Assembly (NCBI GenBank): GCA_965214725.1
Contig: OZ243973.1
Coordinates: 1,468,079-1,532,078 of the forward strand
Origin: Dehalococcoidia bacterium
Lineage (GTDB): Bacteria; Chloroflexota; Dehalococcoidia; UBA6926
Direction: 5' to 3'
Length of the DNA stretch: 64,000 bases
The translations under genes were made by a program, and so were the position numbers. Every line of letters starts with the position of its first letter. Within the stretch, counting starts at the first letter, position 1. The notes below the pieces were generated by a model. The model saw only the letters and a program-made list of their open reading frames with translations, did no database searches and was not told the DNA's origin. Below are positions 1-15,000 of this stretch, piece by piece.

Positions 1-3000
1 CAGAGGGCGATGAGACGTTCGCGGTCACGCTAGCCTCGCCCACCAACGCCACGCTCGGTTCAACGACGACGGGCATCGGCACCATCACGGATGATGATGA
101 GGCGCCCACGACGGCGAGCCTGTCGGTCAGTCCGAGCAACGTGGGCGAGGAGGATGGCGCAACCACCGTCACCGTCACGGCCACGCTAGCGGGCAGCGTC
201 ACCTTTGATGCCGACACGACAGTCACGGTCAAGGTAGGCAAGGATGGCGACGCGGCCGAGTCTGACACGGACTACACAGGAGTCTCCGCCTTCGACATCA
301 CCATCACGGCGGGCCATTTGAGCGGGCAGCAGACGTTCACCCTCACGCCCACGAACGACACCCTCGACGAGCCCAATGAATCCATCACCATCCACGCGAC
401 CGCAACGGGCCTCTCCATCTCTGACGCAAGCGTCACCATCACGGATGACGATGCGGCGCCGACGGTCACCATCGCCAACACATCGGTCGCGGAAGGTGAC
501 AAGGCAGAGTTCACCGTGACGCTGTCGGCTGCCTCAGGCCGGGATGTGACAGTCCAATGGACAACGGGTGACGACGGCGCAGAGAACGCCAACCAGGCAA
601 CGGCGGACACTGACTACACCGCAGTGACGACGCCACAGACTCTGACCATCAAGAAGGGCAGCGCCACCGGCACCTTTGAGGTACAGACAACCCAGGACAC
701 CATCGCAGAGGGCGATGAGACGTTCGCGGTCACGCTAGGCTCGCCCACCAACGCCACGCTTTCCACCGTGGAGGGCGCGACCGAGGCCACCGGCACCATC
801 ACGGATGATGACACCGCGCCCAAGACGGCGACGCTGACCGTCAGCCCAAGCAGCGTGGGAGAGGGCGCCGGCGCGACGAAGGTCACCGTGACCGTCACGC
901 TCGATGACACGACGCATACCGTGCCGGACACATCAAAAGACCCGCCAGCGACGAAGGATGTCGACAAGGCCACCACGTTCAACGAAGACACGACGGTCAC
1001 GGTCAAGATCGGCAAGAGCGACGACACGGCCAAGTCGGGCGAGGACTACACCGGCGTCAGTGATGTCGCTATCACTATCTTGGCGGGCCAGTTGAGCGGA
1101 CAAGGGACGTTCTCGCTAGCGCCAATCCAAGACACCCGCGACGAGCCCAATGAGTCGCTCACCGTCCACGCGACGGCGACGGACCTTACCATCTCTGATG
1201 CGACAGTGAGCATCACGGATGATGATGACGCGCCGACGGTGACCATCGGCAACGCATCAGTCGCGGAAGGTGACAAGGCAGAGTTTACCGTGACGCTGTC
1301 GGCGGCCTCTGGCCGGGACGTCACGGTTGAGTGGACAACGGGCGACGACACCTCGGACGGCGCCAACCAGGCCACAGCCGATACCGACTACACGGCCCAA
1401 ACCACCGTCACAACCCTCACCATCGCCACTGGTGACACCACTGGAACCATTGAAGTACAGACCACAGAGGACACCCTCGCCGAGGGTGCCGAGACCTTCG
1501 CGGTCACAATCGCCGAGCCCACCAACGCCACGCTCGGCACGCCCAAGACCGCCACCGGCACCATCACGGACGATGACACCGCGCCCAAGACGGCGAGTCT
1601 GTCCGTCAGTCCGAGCAACGTGGGCGAGGAGGATGGCGCAACCACCGTCACCGTCACGGCCACGCTAGCGGGCAGCGTCACCTTTGATGCTGACAAGACG
1701 GTCAGGGTGACAGTCGGCAAGGACGGCGATACCGCAGTCTCAGACACGGATTACACCGGTGTCTCCGCCTTCGACATCACCATCACGGCGGGCCGATCGA
1801 GTGGTCAGCAGACGTTCTCGCTAGCGCCAATCCAGGACACCCGCGACGAGCCCAATGAATCGATCACCATCCACGCGACGGCAACAGGCCTCGCGATATC
1901 TGACGCTAGTGTCACCATCACGGATGACGATGCGGCGCCGACGGTTACCATCGCCAACGCATCAGTCGCGGAAGGTGGCAAGGCAGAGTTCACCGTGACG
2001 CTGTCGGCTGCCTCTGGCCGGGATGTGACAGTCCAGTGGACAACGGGTGATGACGGTTCCCAGGACGCCAACCAAGCCACCGCGAATGAGGACTACACCG
2101 CCCAAACCACCGCCGCGAAGCTCACCATTGCCGCTGGATCCGCCACCGGAACCATTGAAGTGCAGACAACCGAGGACACCCTCGTTGAGGGTAGTGAGAC
2201 CTTCGCGGTCACAATCGCCTCACCCAGCAACGCCACCCTCGGCGCAACGACGACGGGCATCGGCACCATCACGGACGATGATGAGGCGCCAACGACTGCG
2301 ACGCTGACCGTCAGCCCGAGCAGCGTCGGAGAAGAGGACAGCGCAACGACGGTCACAGTGACCGCCACCTTGGCTGGTAGCGTCACCTTTGATGCCGACA
2401 CGACGGTCACCGTCAAGATCGGCAAGGACGGCGACGCGGCCGAGTCGGGCGAGGACTACACCGGCGTCAATGACCTCACTATCACTATCTCAGCGGGAGA
2501 GTTGAGCGGTCAGCAGACGTTCTCGCTCGCACCGATTCAAGACACCCTCGACGAGCCCAATGAGTCGCTCACCATCCACGCGACGGCCACGGGCCTCACC
2601 ATCTCTGACGCAAGCGTCACCATCACGGACGACGATGCCCTGCCGGAGCTCACCATCGCGAACGCATCAGTCACCGAGGGCGGCAAGGCACAATTCACAG
2701 TCACGCTGACCCCAGTCTCAGGCCGTGACGTAACAGTCCAGTGGACAACGGGCGATGATGGCGCAGAGAACGCCAACCAGGCCACCGCAGACACCGATTA
2801 CACCGCCCAAACCACCGCCGCACCGCTCACCATCAAGGCTGGTACCAGGGCCGCCACCATTCAGGTGCAGACCACAGAGGACACCATCCACGAGGGCGAC
2901 GAGACGTTCACCGTCACGCTAGCCTCCCCCGAGAACGCCACGCTCGGCACGCCCAAGACCGCCACCGGCACCATCACGGATGATGACACCGCGCCCCAGA

Positions 3001-6000
3001 CGGCGACGCTGTCAGTCAGTCCGAGCAGCGTAACTGAGAACGCCGGTGCAACGACGGTCACCGTCACGGCCACACTGACGGGCAGCGTCACCTTTGATGC
3101 CGACACGGCGGTCAGGGTGACAGTCGGCAAGGACGGCGATACCGCCATCTCAGATACGGATTACACGGGAGTCTCCGCCTTCGATCTGACCATCTCGGCG
3201 GGCCAGTTGAGCGGTCAGCAGACGTTCTCGCTAGCGCCAATCCAGGACACCCGCGACGAGCCCAATGAATCGATCACCATCCACGCGACGGCAACGGCCC
3301 TCACCATCTCTGACGCGACAGTCACCATCACGGATGACGATGCCGCGCCGACGGTGTCCGTGTCCAACGCGACGGCCGTGACGGAGGGCGACGACCCGAA
3401 CGCCACGACAGACATGACGTTCACCGTGACACTCTCGGCGGCGAGTTCGCGGGAGATCACGGTCGACTATACGCTCGGTGGCACGGCGACGGCAGACAAG
3501 GACTACACGGATCCGGCAACCAAGACGATTGCCATTGCGGTGGGCGAAGAGACGGGCGAAATCGTCATCCCCGTGGTCGGCGACGTGGTAGATGAGCCGA
3601 ACGAGACCGTTACGGTCACAATCGCCTCCGCCACCAACGCCACGCCTTCCAGTGTGGAGGGCGAGACTGAGGCGACGGGCACCATCACGGACGACGATGA
3701 CACGCCCAAGACGGCGACGCTGTCCGTCAGCCCGAGCAGCGTCGGAGAAGAGGACAGCGCAACGACGGTCACGGTGACCGCCACCTTGGCTGGCAGCGTC
3801 ACCTTCGCCGCCGATACGACCGTCAGGGTGACAGTCGGCAAGGACGGCGACACGGCCAAGTCGGGCGAGGACTACTCCCAAGTCAGCAACGTCACGATCA
3901 CTATCTCAGCAGGAGAGTCGAGCGGGCAGAAGACATTCACCCTCACGCCAACGGACGACGAGCATGACGAGAACGATGAGTCGCTCACTGTCCACGCGAC
4001 GGCGACGGACCTTACCATCTCTGACGCTGAAGTAACCATCACAGACGACGATGCTGCGCCGACTGTCAGCATCGCGGATGCATCAGTCGCGGAAGGTGAC
4101 AAGGCGGAGTTCACGGTCACGCTGTCGGCGGCCTCGGGCCGTGACGTAACAGTCCAATGGACAACGGGCGACGATGCCACGGCGAACGCCAACCAAGCGA
4201 CCGCGGACACTGACTACACCGCGCAGACCACCGCCGCAACCGTCACCATCGCCGCCGGATCCGTCACCGGAACCATTGAAGTACAGACAACCGAGGACAC
4301 CATCGCAGAGGGCGATGAGACGTTCGCGGTCACGCTAGCCTCCCCCGAGAGCGCCACGCTCGGCGCAACGACGACGGGCATCGGCACCATCACGGACGAT
4401 GACACCGCACCAACGACGGCATCGCTGTCGGTCCGTCCCACGTCGGTGGCCGAAGGCGCGAGCGCGACTACAGTCACGGTGACCGCCACGCTCGCCGGCT
4501 CCACAACCTTCGCCGCCGATACGACGGTGACGGTCAAAGTAGGCAAGGACGGCGACACGGCCGAATCGGGGACGGACTACTCCCAGGTCAGCAACGTCAC
4601 GATCACTATCACAGCGGGCCGGTCGAGTGGTCAGCAGACGTTCTCGCTCGCGCCGATTCAGGACACCCTCGATGAGCCCAATGAGTCCTTGACCGTCCAC
4701 GCGACGGCGACGGACCTTACCATCTCTGATGCAAGCGTCACCATCACGGATGACGATGCGGAGCCGACGGTGTCAATCGCGAACGCCACTGCCGTGAAGG
4801 AGGGCAACGATCCCAACGCCGCCACGAACATGACCTTCGACGTTACGCTCTCGGCGGCCAGCGGTCGGGACATCACGGTCAACTACACGCTCGGCGGGAC
4901 GGCCACGGCGGGCAGCGACTACAAGGAGCCCGCGCCGAAGACGGTCAGCATCGCGGCCGGCGCCACGTCGGGCAGCATCATCATCCCCGTGATCGGCGAC
5001 GTGGTGGACGAGCCGAACGAGACGGTCATCGTCACGCTGTCGAACCCCAGCAACACCACGCTCGGCTCGCCATCGACTGCCACCGGCACGATCACCGACG
5101 ATGACGAGCCGCCGACCACCGGTACCATTGAGATTGAGTTGGAGCACCAGGTGGACCCCGAGGCGGATCTGGTGGTCGCCGAGAACGTGGAAACCGCGCC
5201 GACCTTCACCTTCGTGATGGAGCTCGATGGAACGACGTTCAGCGCCGACAAGACGGTCACCGTGAAGGTGGGCAAGAGTGACGATCCGGCCATTTCGGGC
5301 ACCGATTACACCGCCATCGAGGACTTCACGATCACGCTGACGGCCGGCAAGAGCAGCGCGAGCGGCACGTTTACGCTCGACCCGATTGACGACACGCTGG
5401 ACGAGATTGACGAGACGCTGACGGTGTATGCGGAGATTGACGGCGTCGAGATGGCGTCGTCCACTGTGACCATCACCGACGACGATGAACCACCGACGGT
5501 GTCGGTCAGTGATGCGGCTGCGGTGACAGAGGGCGACGATCCCAGCGCCGCCACGAACATGACCTTTAAGGTAGCCCTCTCGACGGAGAGCGGGCGGGAT
5601 ATCAGCGTCGACTACACGCTCGGCGGCACCGCCACGGCGGACGCAGACTACACCGATCCGGCAACCAAGACGATCACCATCGCGGCAGGCGCGGACTCTG
5701 CCAACATCGTCATCCCCGTTCTCGGCGACGTGGTGGATGAGCCGAACGAGACCGTCACCGTCACGCTAACCTCCGCCACCAACGTCACGCTTTCCAAGAC
5801 GGCAGGCGCGACCGAGGCCACCGGCACCATCACGGATGATGACACCGCGCCCCAGACGGCGACGCTGTCAGTCAGCCCCACGTCGGTCGCCGAGAACGCT
5901 GGTGCGACTACAGTCACGGTGACTGCCACGCTAGCGGGCAGCGTCACCTTTGATGCCGATACGACAGTCACGGTCAAGGTAGGCAAGGATGGTGACACGG

Positions 6001-9000
6001 CCGAGTCGGGCGAGGACTACACCGGCGTCAATGACGTCACTATCACTATCTCAGCGGGAGAGTCGAGCGGGGAAAAGACGTTCTCACTCGCACCGATTCA
6101 AGACACCCTCGATGAGCCTAATGAGTCCTTGACCGTCCACGCCACGGCGACAGGCCTCACGATATCTGACGCGACAGTGAGCATCACGGATGATGATGCG
6201 GAGCCGACTGTCACCATTGGAGATGCGTCCGTGACTGAGGGCGGCAAGGCGGAGTTCACCGTGACGCTGTCGGCGGCCTCTGGCCGGGACGTGACAGTCC
6301 AATGGACGACCGGCGACGACGGTTCGCAGGGCGCCAACCAGGCCACCGCGAACACTGACTACACAGCGGTGACAACGGCCACAACTCTGACCATCGACGC
6401 TGGTGACACGACCGGCGCCATCGAGGTGCAGACGACCGAGGACACCCTCGTTGAGGGTAGTGAGACGTTCGCGGTCACAATCGCCGCGCCCACCAACGCC
6501 ACGCTCGGCTCGACGACGACTGCCACAGGCACCATCACGGATGATGACACCGCGCCAACGACGGCGTCCCTGTCCGTCAGTCCCACGGCGGTCGCCGAAG
6601 GCGCGGGCGCAACGACAGTCACCGTCACGGCCACACTGACGGGCAGCGTCACCTTTGATGCCGACACGACAGTCACGGTCAAGGTAGGCAAGGACGGCGA
6701 CGCGGCCAAGTCGGGCGAGGACTACACCGGCGTCAATGACGTCACTATCACTATCTCAGCGGGAGAGTCGAGCGGTCAGCAGACGTTCTCGCTCGCACCA
6801 ATCCAGGACACCCGCGACGAGCCCAATGAATCGATCACCATCCACGCGACGGCAACGGCCCTCACCATCTCTGACGCGACAGTCACCATCACGGATGACG
6901 ATGCCGCGCCGACGGTGTCCGTGTCCAACGCGACGGCCGTGACGGAGGGCGACGACCCGAACGCCACGACAGACATGACGTTCACCGTGACACTCTCGGC
7001 GGCGAGTTCGCGGGAGATCACGGTCGACTATACGCTCGGTGGCACGGCGACGGCAGACAAGGACTACACGGATCCGGCAACCAAGACGATTGCCATTGCG
7101 GTGGGCGAAGAGACGGGCGAAATCGTCATCCCCGTGGTCGGCGACGTGGTAGATGAGCCGAACGAGACCGTTACGGTCACAATCGCCTCCGCCACCAACG
7201 CCACGCCTTCCAGTGTGGAGGGCGAGACTGAGGCGACGGGCACCATCACGGACGACGATGACACGCCCAAGACGGCGACGCTGTCCGTCAGCCCGAGCAG
7301 CGTCGGAGAAGAGGACAGCGCAACGACGGTCACGGTGACCGCCACCTTGGCTGGCAGCGTCACCTTTGATGCTGACACGACAGTCACGGTCAAGGTCGGC
7401 AAGGATGGCGACGCGGCCGAGTCCGGCAAGGACTACTCCCAGGTCAGCAACGTCACGATCACTATCACAGCGGGCCGGTCGAGTGGTCAGCAGACGTTCT
7501 CACTCGCACCGATTCAGGACACCCTCGATGAGCCCAGCGAGTCGCTCACGGTCCACGCCACGGCAGCAGGCCTCGCGATATCTGACGCAAGCGTCACCAT
7601 CACCGACGACGATGCTGCGCCGACTGTCGCCATTGGAGATGTGTCCGTGACTGAGGGCGGCAAGGCCGAGTTCACCGTGACGTTGTCGGCGGCCTCAGGC
7701 CGGAACGTAACAGTCGAATGGACAACGGGTGATGATGGCGCTGAGGGCGCGACTCAGGCCACGGCTGATACCGATTACACGGCGATGACTAGTGCCGCAA
7801 CACTCACCATCGCCGCCGGATCCGCCACCGGTACCATCCAGGTGCAGACGACTGAAGACACCCTCGTCGAGGGTAGTGAGACCTTCGCGGTCACAATCGC
7901 CTCGCCCACTAACGCCACGCTCGGCTCACCGACGACGGCCATCGGCACCATCACGGATGATGACACTGCACCAGAGACCGCATCTCTATCTGTAAGCCCA
8001 ACTTCGGTCGCCGAGGGCGCAGGCGCGACAACGGTCACTGTCACCGCCACGCTCGACGGCACAACAACGTTCAATGCTGACACGACGGTCAAGGTGACAG
8101 TAGGCGAGGACGGCGACACGGCCGTCTCAGACACGGATTACACCGGTGTCTCCGCCTTCGACATCACCATCACGGCAGGCCAGTTGAGCGGAAAGAATAC
8201 GTTCTCGCTAACGCCAACGAATGACACCCGCGACGAGCCCAACGAGTCGCTCACGGTCCACGCCACGGCAACAGGCCTCACCATCTCTGACGCAAGCGTC
8301 ACCATCACCGACGACGATGCGGCGCCGACGGTCACCATCGCGGACGCATCAGTCGCGGAAGGTGACAAGGCAGAGTTCACCGTGACGCTGTCGGCGGCCT
8401 CTGGCCGGGACGTGACGGTCCGATGGACAACGGGTGACGATGCCACCGATGGCGCGAATCAGGCGACCGCGGACACTGACTACACAGCGGTGACGGCGGC
8501 GCAGACTCTGACCATCGCCGCTGGATCCGCCACCGGCAGCATCGAGGTGCAGACGACCGATGACACCATCGTTGAGGTTAGTGAAACGTTCGCTGTCACA
8601 ATCGCCGCGCCCACCAACGCCACCCTCGGCGCAACGACGACGGGCATCGGCACCATCACGGACGATGACACCGCGCCCACGACGGCGAGCCTGTCTGTAA
8701 GCCCGAGCAACGTGGGCGAGGAGGATGGCGCAACGAATATCACCGTCACGGCCACCCTGGCGGGCTCGGTGACTTTCGCCACCGATACGACGGTCACCGT
8801 CAAGGTAGGCAAGGATGGTGACACGGCCGAATCCGGTAAGGACTACACCCAAGTCAGCGACGTCACGATCACCATCACGGCGGGCCAGTTGAGCGGGCAG
8901 CAGACGTTCTCGCTCGCACCGATTCAAGACAACATCGATGAGCCTAATGAGTCCTTGACCGTCCACGCCACGGCGGCGAATCTCACCATCTCTGATGCAA

Positions 9001-12000
9001 GCGTCACCATCACGGATGACGATCCCACGCCGACGGTGTCAATCGCGAACGCCACCGCCGTGAAGGAGGGCAACGATTCCAGCGCCGCCACGAACATGAC
9101 CTTCAACGTCACGCTCTCGGCGGCCAGCGGGCGGGAAATCAGCGTCGACTACACGCTCGGCGGCACCGCCACGGCGGGCAGCGACTACAAGGAGCCCGCG
9201 CCGAAGACGGTCACCATCGCGGCCGGCGCCACGTCGAGCAGCATCGTCATCCCCGTGATCGGCGACGTGGTGGACGAGCCGAACGAGACGGTCACTGTCA
9301 CGCTGTCGAATCCCAGCAACACCACGCTCGGCTCGCCATTGACTGCCACCGGAACGATCACGGACGATGACGAGGCGCCGACCACCGGTACCATTGAGAT
9401 TGAGTTGGAGCACCAGGTGGACCCCGAGGCGGATCTGGTGGTCGCTGAGAACGTGGAAACCGCGCCGACCTTCACCTTCGTGATGGAGCTCGATGGAACG
9501 ACGTTCAGCGCCGACAAGACGGTCACCGTGAAGGTGAGCAAGAGCGATGACCCCGCCATTTCGGGCACCGACTACACTGCCATCGAGGACTTCACCATCA
9601 CGCTCAAGGCCGGCAAGAGCAGCGCGAGCGGGACGTTCACGCTCGACCCGATCGACGACACGCTGGACGAGATTGACGAGACGCTGACGGTGTATGCGGA
9701 GATTGACGGTGTGGAGATGGCGTCGTCCACTGTGACCATCACCGACGACGATGAACCACCGACGGTGTCCGTGTCAGACGCGACGGCCGTGGCGGAGGGC
9801 GACGACCCGAACGCCACGACGGACATGATATTTAAGGTAGCCCTCTCGACGGAGAGCGGGCGAGATATCACCGTCGGCTACACGCTTGGCGGCACGGCTA
9901 CGGCGGACGCGGACTACACCGATCCGGTAACCAAGACCATCACCATCGCGGCGGGCGCGGACTCTGGCAACATCGTCATCCCGGTGTTGGGTGACCTGGT
10001 AGATGAGCCGAACGAGACCGTCACGGTCACGCTAACCTCCGCCACCAACGCCACGCTTTCCAAGACGGCAAGCGCGACCGAGGCCACCGGCACCATCACG
10101 GACGACGATGATACGCCGACGGCGGCGACGCTGACGGTGGACCCGGTGAGCGTGGGCGAGGGCGCCGGCGCGACGAAGGTCACCGTGACCGTCACGCTCG
10201 ATGACACGACGCATACCGTGCCGGACACATCAAAAGACCCGCCAGCGACGAAGGATGTCGACAAGGCCACCACGTTCAACGAGGACACAACTGTCACGGT
10301 GACGGTAGGCAAGGATGGCGACACGGCCGAGTCTGACGAAGACTATGACGGGGTCAGTGATGTCAGCATCACCATAGCGGCGGGAGAGTCGAGCGGCGAG
10401 GGAGAATTCACCCTCACGCCAACGAACGACACACTCGACGAGCCCAATGAATCGATCACCATCCACGCGACGGCAACAGGCCTCGCGATATCTGATGCAA
10501 GCGTCACCATCACGGATGACGATGCCCCGCCGACGGTTACCATCGCCAACGCATCAGTCGCGGAAGGTGACAAGGCAGAGTTCACGGTCACACTGTCGGC
10601 GGCCTCTGGCCGGGATGTGACAGTTGAGTGGACAACGGGCGACGATGCCACCGATGGCGCGAATCAGGCGACGGCTGATACCGATTACACGGCCCAAACC
10701 ACCGCCACAACTCTGACCATCGACGCTGGTGGCACCACAGGCGCCATCGAGGTTCAGACGACCGAGGACACCCTTGTCGAGGGTAGTGAGACCTTCACAG
10801 TGACAATCGCCGCGCCCACTAACGCCACGCTCGGCGCAACGACGACCACCACCGGCACCATCACGGACGATGACACCGCGCCAGAGACCGCATCTCTATC
10901 TGTAAGCCCCACCTCGGTGGCCGAGGGCGCTGGTGCGACTACAGTCACGGTCACGGCCACCCTCGCGGGCAGCGTCACCTTTGATGCTGACACGACGGTC
11001 AGGGTGACAGTCGGCAAGGGCGGCGACACGGCCGTCTCAGACACGGATTACACGGGAGTCTCCGCCTTCGACATCACCATCACGGCGGGCCAATTGAGCG
11101 GTCAGCAGGCGTTCTCGCTCGCACCGATTCAAGACACCCTCGATGAGCCCAACGAGTCGCTCACTGTCCATGCGATGGCGGCGGACCTGACCATCTCTGA
11201 CGCAAGCGTCACCATCACGGATGACGATGCGGCGCCGACGGTCACCATCGCCAACGCATCAGTCGCGGAAGGTGACAAGGCAGAGTTCACGGTCACGCTG
11301 TCGGCGGCCTCGGGCCGGGATGTGACGGTTGAGTGGACGACCGGCGACGATGCCACCGATGGCGCGAATCAGGCGACGGCGGATACCGATTACACGGCCC
11401 AAACCACCGCCACAACTCTGACCATCGACGCCGGTGACACGACCGGCGCCATCGAGGTGCAGACAACCGAGGACAGCATCGTTGAGGGTGCTGAGACCTT
11501 CACGGTGACAATCACCGCGCCCAGCAACGCCACGCTCGGCGCAACGACGACGGCCACGGGCACCATCACGGATGATGATGAGGCGCCCACGACGGCGAGC
11601 CTTTCGGTCAGTCCCACGTCGGTCGCCGAGGGCGCCGGTGCGACTACAGTCACGGTGACCGCCACGCTGTCCGGCTCCACGACGTTCAATACCGCCAAGA
11701 CGGTCACCGTCAAGATCGGGAAGTCGGGCGATACGGCCGAATCGGGGACGGACTACACCCAAGTCAGCGACGTCACGATCACTATTTCGGCGGGCCAGTT
11801 GAGCGGTCAGCAGACGTTCTCGCTAACGCCATTTGATGACACCCTCGACGAGCCCATTGAATCGATCACCATCCACGCGACGGCAACAGGCCTCGCGATC
11901 TCTGACGCTAGTGTCACCATCACGGATGACGATGCGGCGCCGACGGTTACCATCGCCAACGCATCAGTCGCGGAAGGTGACAAGGCAGAGTTCACCGTGA

Positions 12001-15000
12001 CGCTGTCGGCGGCCTCTGGCCGGAACGTAACAGTTGAGTGGACAACGGGTGATGATGGCACCGATGGCGCCAAACAGGCCACGGCCAATACCGACTACAC
12101 GGCCCAAACCACCGCCACGACTCTCACCATCGACGCTGGTGACACCACCGGAACCATTGAAGTACAGACGACTGAAGACACCATCGTTGAGGGTGCCGAG
12201 ACCTTCGCGGTCACAATCGCCTCGCCCACCAACGCCACGCTCGGCGCAACGACGACGGCCACCGGCACCATCACGGATGATGACACCGCGCCAACTACGG
12301 CGTCCCTGTCCGTCAGCCCAACGTCGGTCGCTGAGGGCGCAGGTGCGACTACAGTCACCGTCACGGCCACACTGACGGGCAGCGTCACCTTTGATGCCGA
12401 CACGGCGGTCAGGGTGACAGTCGGCAAGGACGGCGATACCGCAGTCTCGGACACGGATTACACGGCAGTCTCCGCCTTCGACATCACCATCACGGCGGGC
12501 CAGTTGAGCGGTCAGCAGACGTTCTCGCTGACGCCAACGAATGACACCCGCGACGAGCCTAATGAGTCCTTGACCGTCCACGCGACGGCCACGGGCCTCG
12601 CGATATCTGATGCAAGCGTCACCATCACAGATGACGATGCGGCGCCGACGGTCACCATCGCCAACTCATCAGTCGCGGAGGGTGACAAGGCAGAGTTCAC
12701 GGTGACGCTGTCGGCGGCCTCGGGCCGGGACGTAACAGTCCAATGGACAACGGGCGACGATGGCGCTGAGGGCGCGACTCAGGCGACGGCCGATACCGAC
12801 TACACGGCCCAAACCACCGCCACAACTCTGACCATCGACGCTGGTGACACCACCGGCGCCATCGAAGTGCAGACGACCGAGGACACCATCGTTGAGGGTG
12901 CTGAGACCTTCGCGGTCACAATCGCCTCGCCCACCAACGCCACGCTCGGCGCAACGACGACGGCCACCGGCACCATCACGGATGATGACACCGCGGCAAC
13001 GACGGCATCGCTGTCGGTCAGTCCCACGTCGGTGGCCGAGGGCGCAGGCGCAACCACCATCACTGTCACCGCCACGCTCGCCGGCTCGACAACGTTCAAC
13101 GCCGACACGACGGTCAGAGTAACCGTGGGCAAGGACGGCGATGCCGCCGTCTCAGACACGGATTACACCGGTGTCTCCGCCTTCGATCTGACCATCTCGG
13201 CGGGCCAGCTGAGTGGGGAAAAGACGTTCACCCTCACGCCAACGAATGACACCCGCGACGAGCCCAATGAATCGCTCACGGTCCACGCCACGGCAACGGG
13301 CCTCACCATCTCTGATGCAAGCGTCACCATCACCGACGACGATGCGGTGCCGACGGTTACCATCGCGGACGCGTCCGCCGCGGAAGGTGAAAAGGCAGAG
13401 TTCACCGTGACACTTTCGGCGGCCTCGGGCCGGGACGTCACGGTTGAGTGGACAACGGGAGACGATGGTTCGCAGGGCGCCAGCCAAGCGACCGCGGACA
13501 CTGACTACACAGCGGTGACGACCGCCACAACTCTGACCATCGACGCTGGTGACACGACCGGCGCCATCGAGGTGCAGACGACCGAGGACACCCTTGTTGA
13601 GGGTAGTGAGACCTTCGCGGTGACAATCGCCGCGCCCAGCAACGCCACGCTCGGCTCACCGACGACCGCCACCGGCACCATCACGGATGATGACAGCGCA
13701 GCAACGACGGCATCGCTGTCCGTCAGCCCGACGTCGGTCGCCGAGGGCGCAGGCGCAACCACCATCACTGTCACGGCCACGCTCGCCGGCTCCACGACGT
13801 TCAATGCGGACACGACGGTCAGAGTAACCGTGGGCAAGGACGGCGATACCGCAGTCTCAGACACGGATTACACGGGAGTCTCCGCCTTCGATCTGACCAT
13901 CACGGCGGGCCGGTCGAGTGGTCAGCAGACGTTCTCACTCGCACCGACTCAGGACACCCTCGATGAGCCCAACGAGTCGCTCACGGTCCACGCCACGGCA
14001 ACAGGCCTCACCATCTCTGACGCAAGCGTCACCATCACGGACGACGATGCTGCGCCGACTGTCACCATCGCGGACGCATCAGTCGCGGAGGGTGACAAGG
14101 CGGAGTTCACGGTCACGCTGTCGGCGGCCTCAGGCCGGGACGTGACGGTCCAATGGACGACCGGCGACGATGCCACCGATGGCGCGAATCAGGCGACGGC
14201 CGATACAGACTATACGGCCCAAACCACCGCCACAACCCTCACCATCGACGCCGGATCCTCCACCGGAACCATTGAAGTGCAGACAACCGAGGACACCCTC
14301 GTTGAGGGTAGTGAGACGTTCGCGGTCACAATCGCCTCGCCCACCAACGCCACGCTCGGCGCAACGACGACGGCCACCGGCACGATCACGGACGATGACA
14401 CCCCGCCCACGACGGCGTCCCTGTCCGTCAGCCCGACGTCGGTGGCCGAAGGCGCGAGCGCGACAACAGTCACAGTGACCGCCACGCTCACCGGCTCCAC
14501 GACGTTCAATGCGGACACGACGGTTAGGGTAACGGTGGGCAAGGACGGCGATACCGCAGTCTCAGACACGGATTACACGGGAGTCTCCGCCTTCGATCTG
14601 ACCATCACGGCGGGCCGGTCGAGTGGTCAGCAGACGTTCTCGCTCGCACCGATTCAGGACACCCTCGATGAGGACGACGAGAAACTCACCGTCCACGCGA
14701 CGGCGGCGGGCCTCGCGATATCTGATGCAAGCGTCACCATCACCGACGACGATGCCGCGCCGACGGTCACCATCGCCAACGTATCAGTCGCGGAAGGCGA
14801 CAAGGCAGAGTTCACGGTCACACTGTCGGCGGCCTCGGGCCGGGACGTAGCAGTCCAATGGACAACGGGCGACGATGCCACCGATGGCGCGAATCAGGCC
14901 ACGGCCAATACCGACTACACGGCGGTGACCACTGCCGCAACCCTCACGATTGCCGCTGGTGACACCACCGGCGCCATCGAAGTGCAGACCACAGAAGACA

